A DNA stretch of 32,000 nucleotides from Crocosphaera subtropica ATCC 51142 (GTDB taxonomy: Bacteria; Cyanobacteriota; Cyanobacteriia; Cyanobacteriales; Microcystaceae), in assembly GCF_000017845.1 (NCBI RefSeq), contig NC_010546.1, positions 3,840,001-3,872,000 on the forward strand, read 5' to 3'. The notes under the pieces are model-generated. The model was given only the letters and a program-made list of their open reading frames with translations. It had not been told where the DNA came from and did not search any database. Below, in pieces: positions 25,193 through 32,000 of this stretch (position 1 is its first letter; each line of letters starts with the position of its first letter). The translations under genes were made by a program, and so were the position numbers.

Positions 25193-25678
25193 TTAAGGTA
25201 AGAAATAAAAGTCAGAATAAACAGCAGCTTGTCCCTGATACGTTTGTCCCTTATCAATAACATTCCAAACAATACCATTATTAATTTGAAAACGTTTGCC
25301 TGTCTTGGTGATACGGATGGTAGAGAAATAGGAAAAACCTTTTTCCGTGGTTTCAGCTAGAAGGCGATCGCGCTCTTTTTGTTCTATTGCTTCGGCTGTT
25401 TTCCTAGAGGGGGTTTGGATAAATTCAGACCAAGTTAATTCCCAGATATCTAAGGCTTTTTGATTCCCGTAATTAAAGATAGGATCTCTTTGAGTGCCAT
25501 GAGAAACAACTATCAAGTCAGCTTCAAACAGTTGTTTTGAAACGTCTAGAGGATCAGTTTTGACCTCAGTTATGCCAAAGTTTTCCAATAAAGAACGGCC
25601 CAACCAATGCTCAAAACTGCTGAGAATTAATTGGGTTCTTCGGATCACCTTTTCTTGTTGCCAAGGCTGATTAATCAT
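25193..25678 (-). CDS. MEKHLA (PAS-like) domain protein
   Basis: 161 aa. LILSSFEHWLGRSLL, DPIFNYGNQKALDIWELTWSEF, PSRKTAE, RITKTGKRFQINNGIVWNV and GQAAVY follow the MEKHLA consensus shared by cyanobacteria and plant HD-ZIP III C-termini. Confidence 0.82.
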   Translation of the reverse strand: MINQPWQQEKVIRRTQLILSSFEHWLGRSLLENFGITEVKTDPLDVSKQLFEADLIVVSHGTQRDPIFNYGNQKALDIWELTWSEFIQTPSRKTAEAIEQKERDRLLAETTEKGFSYFSTIRITKTGKRFQINNGIVWNVIDKGQTYQGQAAVYSDFYFLP

Positions 25679-25906
25679 ACGCTGTTCATTATTTAAAGTT
25701 CCATTTGAGACTGCATGAAAGCAGGGAGTAGGGGAGATGTTTTAAAATCGTTTTAGAGCAAATAAAAACAATTTAGACCGTGAGAACATAGTCATATTAT
25801 GTATTCTCATTATTGCCTGTGTTTTACACTATTTTTTTCTCCCTTGCTCCAGTCTCCCTGCTTGCCCACAACCCTAACTAAGATACTTGTGATCTACTTA
25901 GCTGAC

Positions 25907-27787
25907 TTAGGGCTTAACAAATACGCCGATACCGTTGTGAACTCTAGCTGCAGTGACAGGAGAACGATCAATTAATTGTCCTCCTAAGACTAAACCAGTA
26001 GAACTTCCCCCATCCAAATTAAGAGCATCCGTTGCTCCCAAGCGTTGCATAATCTGAGCCATTTCATCTAAACTTGCCCCACTACCTCCAACACGGGTAT
26101 GGACAGCCACGAACATAATCGTCCCTCGTTTACTCAGTCCGATAGCACTACGGGAGGCTTTTTGGGTTTGGAAGCCTTTACTAAACTTTTCGCTAACAGC
26201 ATTTAAAACAATTCTGCGGTTACTAATTAATAGCGGACCAGCCCCTAAAACATGGGATAATTGATTAAATTCACTGGGAATAGTATCACTTTCTAGGTTA
26301 ACTCCCATACCCCGAGATAAGAGATTAGAAGAAACAGCATTTTTGCGAATAGTTAAAAGATAGCCATTGCTAGGAATAGGATAAGATTTCGTACCAGCTT
26401 TGGCAGCTTGTTCTTGATAGGTCACTTGATTATTTTCTACAAAAACAATCGTTTCGTTATCACTTAAAGGGGTATAAGTTTGACCCCATTCGGAGGTGTA
26501 ACGGGAGACTCCAGCTTGAATATAGCCACTATTTAAGAAAGCAATAGGAATTTTATTTCCTGCTCTTGTGAGCAAGGTTTCTTGTAAGGCCAGTCGATTC
26601 AGATAAACTTGACCGTTATCATTCCAACCAATAGCACCTCTACCTAAAATCGGACTAGATAACCAATTATTATCTTGACGAATAGCTCCTAGGGGAAGTT
26701 GATTGTTGCGGTTAAAAAAGCCCCCGTTAATCGCAGCAGCCGCTTGCCATTTTTGAGCAGTTGTTACTAAAGGGGCTGTCCCAGTTTGACCATTAAAATT
26801 AGTGGTGATGGGTTTAAGGGAAATATTGGGCGATCGCTGGTCAATTTCTAACCAATTAACGGGAAAAGTTTCTTGTTTACTCCCATTATTAATCGTCACT
26901 AATTGTTGTCGCCAAATAATCCCTGGAGTCCAAACAATTTCTTTCGGAACCATCCCATCAGCCCGAACATCAATAACAATACGATTCGGGTTAGATAAAC
27001 TAAAGACATTTAAGCCATGTGCCGTAGGTAAATTAACATGAACCTTGGTTAAAGTTCCCGTATCTTCTAAGGAGAATAAAGAAGAAGATTCAGGTTGAGA
27101 AACGGGACTTCCTAAGTCATCTTCATCCGTATTTATCCACGGTTTTGCTGGAGAAGAAGCGTCATAATCAGACAATTTTGTTTGAGACGCTTTCCCTGAA
27201 ATCATCACCACCCCATGACCTTTAGCCTCACTAATTTGCCAAACGGTCGGACGATCCACTTCTAAAACAATACGCTTTCCCCAGGTTTGATTGCCTTGAC
27301 GAATGTTATTAATTTGTGCCAGAGGAAAGTTCAAGTCTAAGGTATGATTATTAACCTGTAATTGTCCCCCTGCTAACTGAATTAATTCGGTAATATCTAA
27401 GTAACGATAAGGGGCGATAAAGCGAGCTAAAATAGGTAAAGGTCGATCAGAATCGGTACCAAACCAACGAACTGGTTGTAAGGTGGGATCTTTTGTGCTG
27501 AGTAATTCTAATCCCAGTAAATTCATTGCCCCAATATCACTAATTCCCGTGCGAATTGTATCCCCTTGTCGCCATTGAGTCCAAGGAATTGGATAAGTTT
27601 TTCCATTTAGGGTAATTTCTTTTCCTTGCTGAATAGAATTAGAGGCTTCAGCCGGAGGAATTTTCGGTGTTAAGGTGACCTTACCTGTTTCTGTTGGCGG
27701 TGAATTACCCAGAGAAAGATAAACTAATAAGGTAGTTGTTAAGGAAATAGAAAAAAGACTCAAGGGGTACCAGGGAAGTTTCGTCAC
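25907..27787 (-). CDS. Secreted or membrane-anchored phosphodiester glycosidase (DUF2233/NAGPA) family protein with N-terminal stalk/AMIN-like region
   Basis: GTG start. N-terminal hydrophobic anchor (LSLFSISLTTTLLVYLSLG). AMIN-like VHVNLPTAHGLNVFSLSNPNRIVIDV. C-terminal AINGGFF, RSAIGL and ALNLDGGSSTGLV motifs of DUF2233. Confidence 0.82.
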   Translation of the reverse strand: MTKLPWYPLSLFSISLTTTLLVYLSLGNSPPTETGKVTLTPKIPPAEASNSIQQGKEITLNGKTYPIPWTQWRQGDTIRTGISDIGAMNLLGLELLSTKDPTLQPVRWFGTDSDRPLPILARFIAPYRYLDITELIQLAGGQLQVNNHTLDLNFPLAQINNIRQGNQTWGKRIVLEVDRPTVWQISEAKGHGVVMISGKASQTKLSDYDASSPAKPWINTDEDDLGSPVSQPESSSLFSLEDTGTLTKVHVNLPTAHGLNVFSLSNPNRIVIDVRADGMVPKEIVWTPGIIWRQQLVTINNGSKQETFPVNWLEIDQRSPNISLKPITTNFNGQTGTAPLVTTAQKWQAAAAINGGFFNRNNQLPLGAIRQDNNWLSSPILGRGAIGWNDNGQVYLNRLALQETLLTRAGNKIPIAFLNSGYIQAGVSRYTSEWGQTYTPLSDNETIVFVENNQVTYQEQAAKAGTKSYPIPSNGYLLTIRKNAVSSNLLSRGMGVNLESDTIPSEFNQLSHVLGAGPLLISNRRIVLNAVSEKFSKGFQTQKASRSAIGLSKRGTIMFVAVHTRVGGSGASLDEMAQIMQRLGATDALNLDGGSSTGLVLGGQLIDRSPVTAARVHNGIGVFVKP

Positions 27788-27930
27788 GCTTCACACCTCG
27801 TCTTGGATGATAGTTCAGGGAATTCATGGTATTGGCTAATGAATTGGCAACATTGTAACATAAGCATTGCTGATCATAAACAAGAAACCTATATTGCCCT
27901 TGAGACTTTCAAGTTAACGGTAATAATCAA

Positions 27931-28863
27931 TTATAAAACCTTGGCTAATCTTTGAATACTGGGAACTGAAAAGTTACTGCTTTCTTCTAATAAATAATCG
28001 AGAAAAGCTTTCGTGATAACCGATAGTTGTTTCCCTCCTAAATAGGCAACATACCAACGACGTTGAATGGGAAAATGTTCTACATCTAACACGGTTAATT
28101 CACTATCAATTCCTTCAGAAATTAAAGTGTGTTGAGATAGAACCGAAATCCCTAAACCACCGGCAATGGCTTGTTTGATAGCTTCATTACTTCCTAGTTC
28201 TAATCTGACATGAACCGAGATGTTATGTTTGTCAAAGAGATTTTGTACTGCTCTTCTGGTTCCCGAACCCTCTTCCCTCATGATAAAAGGTTCTCCTTCT
28301 AAAGCACTAATAGGAATATTCTGTTTACCAGCTAAGGGATGATTTTTAAGAGCAATTACAACTAAGGGGTTATCTAGAAAAGGTTGAGTACATAAATCTA
28401 ATGCATCAGGAGGATTACTGACAATATAAAGATCATCTTCGTTGTCTAACATTCTACGCTGAATTTGTTGATGATTAGTGACTTTGAGGGAAACTTCTAT
28501 GCCTGGATATTGTTGGCAGAAAGAGCCTAAAATTCTAGGAATAAAATATTTAGCGGTGGTAATCACCCCTAAACGCAATTGTCCCTGTTTAGTGCCTTTT
28601 AAATCAGCTACTTTCATCTCAAAATTATCTAATCTTTCAAAAATTTCTTGACAAGTTCTCAGTAGTTCTTGTCCTGCTTCTGTTAGATACAGACGCTTAC
28701 CAATTTGCTCAAACAAGGGAAGACCAATGGCTTTCGTGAGTTGTTTAATTTGACTGGAAACTGTAGGTTGTGTGATAAATAACTCTTCGGCCGCACGGGT
28801 AAAACTGCCATGACGTGCTGTCGCTTCAAAGACCTTTAATTGATGTAGGGTTGCTTGTATCAA
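27931..28863 (-). CDS. LysR-family transcriptional regulator of the CbbR subgroup (CmpR/NdhR(CcmR)-like)
   Basis: N-terminus ATLHQLKVFEATARHGSFTRAAEELFITQPTVSSQIKQLTKAIGLPLFEQIGKRLYLTEAG is near-identical in pattern to CbbR/CmpR/NdhR wHTH domains. LysR substrate-binding domain follows. The start codon as tracked is TTG (28861-28863). Confidence 0.88.
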   Translation of the reverse strand: MIQATLHQLKVFEATARHGSFTRAAEELFITQPTVSSQIKQLTKAIGLPLFEQIGKRLYLTEAGQELLRTCQEIFERLDNFEMKVADLKGTKQGQLRLGVITTAKYFIPRILGSFCQQYPGIEVSLKVTNHQQIQRRMLDNEDDLYIVSNPPDALDLCTQPFLDNPLVVIALKNHPLAGKQNIPISALEGEPFIMREEGSGTRRAVQNLFDKHNISVHVRLELGSNEAIKQAIAGGLGISVLSQHTLISEGIDSELTVLDVEHFPIQRRWYVAYLGGKQLSVITKAFLDYLLEESSNFSVPSIQRLAKVL

Positions 28864-29094
28864 TGGTAATGCCCTCTTCCGTGTAATGTGAGTGATCAGA
28901 AAATATATCGAAATGAGTTAGGCTAGGAAGTGTTATACAGTTTTTATCATAGACTTATTTCCATACTATATCAAGTTGAGGTTGAAATAAATCTATTATT
29001 GGGGTGAGGGATGACTGTAACATAAACAACTGTTTTCTGGCCTTGGTCGTTGTATTCTCTCTCAAGAGTCTTATCTAGCTAGTAATAAATACTT

Positions 29095-29304
29095 ATGCCT
29101 AATTCTAACGTAGAAACTTGTCCCGTATGTGGCGTGAAAATTATCGGAGGTGATAAAGTTATTTTTTCGTCTGGTCCAGTGGGGACTCGGGCCCGTTTAT
29201 GGGCTAGGGTTTGTAATTATGCAAAAAAATCGGGATGTATTAATCAGGATCAAGAAGCGATTGGTAGCGTCCATGAGAATGACTATTATAATCCCATAAA
29301 ATAG
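29095..29304 (+). CDS. Small Cys4 protein (CPVC ... C-x7-C), putative zinc-binding, function unknown
   Basis: 69-aa ORF with an ATG start, divergent from the LysR gene. Cysteines at positions 9, 12, 40 and 48. Non-repetitive, protein-like composition. No family recognised. Confidence 0.55.
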   Translation: MPNSNVETCPVCGVKIIGGDKVIFSSGPVGTRARLWARVCNYAKKSGCINQDQEAIGSVHENDYYNPIK

Positions 29305-29378
29305 GTTCGAGGCAGGAGTAATCAAGAATTCGGAGTTGGGAAATCATGTAACTCCTGTCTAGTCTCAATTTTAAAAGT

Positions 29379-30956
29379 TTAAGGATATGTTTTTCTATGA
29401 ATCAAAAAATTGCCAAGATTTTCTAGAGTAAAGCCGATTAATAAACCAAATAAATGACTTAGCATGCTGACTTGAGGGATGAGTAAATCAGACATCAATT
29501 GAAAGGTAATTACGGTGACCATAATTAGCAGTCTTTTTCGGTTAATAGATGATTTATTTTGTAACCATTTTCTTAAAAAAATTGCTGTTAAACTCCCCAA
29601 TAATCCCATAATTGAAGCGGAAGCACCAACAAGAATATAATCCACTTTATTTGCATAAAGGGCTATATAAGAAAAGGCAAACATGGAACCAACGCCACTG
29701 AAAAAATAAACGATAATATACTTAGATTTATTGCTTAAAGATTCTACTAAATTGCCTATAATATAAAGTCCCAACATATTTGTTAAAAAATGTCCCCATC
29801 CATAGTGGAGAAAATTAGCAGTAATCAATCGCCAAAATTCACCTTTCCAGACAAACATAGGAACTAAAGCCCCTAATTGCTCTAAAGTTTTAAAATTTTC
29901 AGTCCCACCAAAACCAATTTCTGCAAGAAATACTAGGGAATTCAGAATAATTAAACATAGGGTTATTTGATGATTTTTAACTCTAAAAATCTTTGAATTT
30001 GAATTCAATTCTTTTTCTTTTAAATTAATTTTATAAAGAATTCTATAGCTATTATTTTTTATTTTATCAAAGATAGGAATTGATCGTTGTTTCCTTCTCC
30101 ATTCAATTGAAGACTTTAATATGTGATGATTATATAAATCTTTTCTCAGTAAAATTTTATAGTTATCATTATTTTGATCAATCACTGTTTTTGCTGTAAT
30201 CAACCAAAATGCTTGTAAGTATTTTGGGTAAAAAGATAATTCGCATTGAAACAATTTTTGAATACCTGAAATCTGTCCAGAAAAAGCAAAAACATACAGT
30301 TTGATGCGGGAAATATAAGAATTTTTTTTTAGTTTCAATAAAACAGATTGTACAGTTAAAATCTCTTCAAATAATTGATTCAATCCACCAGTTTCCCCTA
30401 AACTTCTTATGTAATAAGTGAGTAAAAGCGGATCTTTCCATAATATTTTTTTGTCAACTTGTTCATCAAACCACTGTAAACAACTCTGCCAGTCTCCCAG
30501 AATTTCATAGGTAAAGAGTTGATAGTAATAATGAAAAATAGGAAGATGATTATTACTTCTATGCAAAACATCAATGGCTTTTTTTCCATTTCCTTTGTCA
30601 GCTAATTCTAAAGCTAATAACAATTGATAATAGTTGCGCCAATATTGAGTAAAATGTAAAACCATTAACCGAGATAAAAGCTGACGAGATTTTTGATAGT
30701 TTTTAATTTCCAATAAATGATTAATTCGACGGAATCCCCACTGAGGAATGATTAAGAAAACCATGGATAAAATTCCGCCTATCCAAGCAGTTAAACTAAG
30801 ATTAATAACTAAGAATAAAACCGTAACTAAAATGATTAACACACTAATGGTTATCCAACCATCATTTTTAGGGATAATTCCTTGAGTAACTCCTATGATC
30901 GTAACTAAACAAGAGAAAAAAACGATTATAACAATCAACACATTGATATCTATCAT
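29379..30956 (-). CDS. Rhomboid-family intramembrane serine protease with a long N-terminal extension (3 TM plus helical-repeat region)
   Basis: Rhomboid core motifs WRLITANFLHYGWGHFLTNM (WR and HxxxxHxxxN), catalytic-Ser motif GASASIMG and catalytic-His SHLFGLLIG. About 330 aa precede the core. Very AT-rich. Confidence 0.86.
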   Translation of the reverse strand: MIDINVLIVIIVFFSCLVTIIGVTQGIIPKNDGWITISVLIILVTVLFLVINLSLTAWIGGILSMVFLIIPQWGFRRINHLLEIKNYQKSRQLLSRLMVLHFTQYWRNYYQLLLALELADKGNGKKAIDVLHRSNNHLPIFHYYYQLFTYEILGDWQSCLQWFDEQVDKKILWKDPLLLTYYIRSLGETGGLNQLFEEILTVQSVLLKLKKNSYISRIKLYVFAFSGQISGIQKLFQCELSFYPKYLQAFWLITAKTVIDQNNDNYKILLRKDLYNHHILKSSIEWRRKQRSIPIFDKIKNNSYRILYKINLKEKELNSNSKIFRVKNHQITLCLIILNSLVFLAEIGFGGTENFKTLEQLGALVPMFVWKGEFWRLITANFLHYGWGHFLTNMLGLYIIGNLVESLSNKSKYIIVYFFSGVGSMFAFSYIALYANKVDYILVGASASIMGLLGSLTAIFLRKWLQNKSSINRKRLLIMVTVITFQLMSDLLIPQVSMLSHLFGLLIGFTLENLGNFLIHRKTYP

Positions 30957-30983
30957 TCTTAAGTTCTGTTAGGGTGAAAAAAT

Positions 30984-31020
30984 AAAAGCGACAGCAATAC
31001 AATAAGAGTCTGTCGCTTTT
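30984..31020 (-). terminator. Rho-independent terminator for the small minus-strand ORF
   Basis: AAAAGCGACAG (30984-30994) and CTGTCGCTTTT (31010-31020) form an 11-bp perfect stem with a 15-nt loop. On the minus-strand RNA it is followed by UUUUAUUUUUU. Confidence 0.55.
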
Positions 31021-31033
31021 AGTAAAAAGAGAA

Positions 31034-31210
31034 TTAAGAATTATTAGGAAAAGTCAATTCAAACTCTTCAATTAATTCATCAAGTTCTTCGAGGGCTTGT
31101 TTAACATCCACTCGTAAAATGCCTAAATCCGGTTTTTCCAAAAGTTCAACTAAAAATCCTCGTTTACTTTCAATTAATTTTACTTGTTCTTGAATTGTTT
31201 CTTTATCCAT
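31034..31210 (-). CDS. 58-aa acidic helical protein, missed by the 60-aa ORF-track cutoff (hypothetical)
   Basis: ATG at 31208-31210 preceded by AAAGGA. Translation is MDKETIQEQVKLIESKRGFLVELLEKPDLGILRVDVKQALEELDELIEEFELTFPNNS. Stop TAA at 31034-31036. A terminator lies 14 nt downstream. Confidence 0.45.
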   Translation of the reverse strand: MDKETIQEQVKLIESKRGFLVELLEKPDLGILRVDVKQALEELDELIEEFELTFPNNS

Positions 31211-31389
31211 TCCTTTGATCCTAAAGTGAACACCAACTCTAGGATAAACAATCTTGAGTCTTCTGGTCTAGCATTCAGGAAAAATTCTCTTGAAAATAAA
31301 TTATTTTTGATTTAAGGGTTTACCTCTTTTCTTAAGTACCTATCACGAGGATAATAAAATTTAAAGCGATCGCAAAATACAGGAATTAT

Positions 31390-31950
31390 ATGTTACGCAA
31401 ACTTTCATTAGCACGAGTCGGACTAACAGTGGGAGGCATATTAACCATCATTGGTTTTGTAGCCTATGCTATGGATAATCCTACCCTCAATTTAGCAGGA
31501 TTTTTCTACGGTATCCCCATTTTATTAGGAGGGCTGGCGTTAAAAGCAGCCGAACTTAAACCCATTCCCTATAGTCAAGTCCTATCGACAGAAACTATCG
31601 CCTTAAGGGAAGAAAAAGCCACCCCAACTCAAAATCAAATTCGTAAAGATGTCACCCGTTATCGTTATGGACAAGAAGCCCATCTTGATGATTCCCTTGA
31701 ACGGTTGGGGTTAAGTCCTACGGACGAAGATAGACCCCTTTTGGTGGCAATTCGAGAGGAAAACCTTGAGGGAAATTATGGGTTAATATTAGAATTTGAA
31801 TCTCCTTTTATTACGTTGGAAACTTGGCAAGAAAAAAAAGAAAAAATTGCAAAGTTTTTTGGACCCGGTATTTCAGTAAAAATTGATGGCAAAGAAGATA
31901 ACAAGGTTGATGTTTTCTTAATTAGTCTAGGTAATAATCAAGATAACTAA
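31390..31950 (+). CDS. Conserved cyanobacterial/plastid-lineage membrane protein (DUF2854-like)
   Basis: Two N-terminal TM helices (VGLTVGGILTIIGFVAYA and FFYGIPILLGGLALKAAELKP), then a soluble domain. The DUF2854 assignment is from memory. Confidence 0.75.
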   Translation: MLRKLSLARVGLTVGGILTIIGFVAYAMDNPTLNLAGFFYGIPILLGGLALKAAELKPIPYSQVLSTETIALREEKATPTQNQIRKDVTRYRYGQEAHLDDSLERLGLSPTDEDRPLLVAIREENLEGNYGLILEFESPFITLETWQEKKEKIAKFFGPGISVKIDGKEDNKVDVFLISLGNNQDN

Positions 31951-31956
31951 AATTAA

Positions 31957-31986
31957 GGTAACAGGAAGGTTTCGTTTCCTGTTACC
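31957..31986 (+). terminator. Perfect 11-bp hairpin just after the stop codon (terminator or mRNA stabiliser candidate)
   Basis: GGTAACAGGAA (31957-31967) pairs with TTCCTGTTACC (31976-31986) around an 8-nt loop. No T-run follows within the window. Confidence 0.4.
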
Positions 31987-32000
31987 CGATTAACTCACTT

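Noticed and set aside
28949-28969. ATAG-N13-CTAT as the LysR (T-N11-A) box of the CbbR-type regulator
   Set aside because: The spacing does not fit the canonical T-N11-A or the reported ATAG-N8-CTAT/TTA-N7-8-TAA patterns. I kept it only as a note within the LysR finding.
30322-30330. T9 homopolymer inside the rhomboid gene (and A8/T8 runs at about 7308 and 15480) as phase-variation switches
   Set aside because: The runs encode Lys/Asn-rich segments in very AT-rich genes, where such runs arise by composition alone. There is no evidence of frame disruption, and contingency loci are not established in this lineage.
1-32000. Search for a defence island, toxin-antitoxin pair, prophage, IS element, tRNA, rRNA or biosynthetic gene cluster
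   Set aside because: No nuclease, methylase, ATPase, reverse-transcriptase or integrase signatures were found. There is no tRNA-like T-arm (GGTTCGAATCC-type). No NRPS, PKS or RiPP enzymes are present. The SF2 helicase motifs belong to Mfd. The P450 is isolated rather than part of a cluster.

Overview
This window looks like a chromosomal segment of a cyanobacterium. I located 21 copies by eye of the HIP1 octamer GCGATCGC, where under 1 is expected by chance. Gene content and low G+C suggest a unicellular Cyanothece/Crocosphaera-like lineage, but that is inference only. The segment is densely coding, with about 26 protein genes on both strands. They mix housekeeping functions (mfd, N-terminally cut by the window edge; nadA; alr; an aminotransferase; an FKBP PPIase) with many signalling proteins: a phytochrome-type histidine kinase with two response regulators, one of them a GGDEF diguanylate cyclase; a 1082-aa multi-PAS/GAF hybrid kinase followed by a REC-kinase; a CbbR-type LysR regulator; and a MEKHLA protein. 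The rest are accessory enzymes and membrane proteins: an HDAC-family deacetylase, a TrpD2-like protein, DUF218, Rho_N/DUF4912, an AstE/AspA-like metallohydrolase, a DUF3124 lipoprotein, a CYP120-like P450, a phosphodiester glycosidase, a long rhomboid protease and a DUF2854-like protein. I saw no rRNA, tRNA, CRISPR array, transposase, integrase or recognisable defence or toxin-antitoxin module. I cannot point to a clear-cut novel multi-gene system. The best candidate is the AT-rich, HIP1-poor phytochrome cluster at 4646-9202. Its photoreceptor lacks both canonical bilin-binding cysteines, and its operon ends in a REC-PAS-GAF-GGDEF protein. Secondary observations are a hairpin element shared by the 3' ends of two unrelated genes, STRR-like heptamer tracts bracketing a kinase gene and encoding the tail of its neighbour, a candidate sRNA or leader after mfd, a 58-aa ORF below the ORF-track cutoff with its own terminator, and several intergenic dyads. 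All product names rest on motif recognition from memory; no database search was possible.
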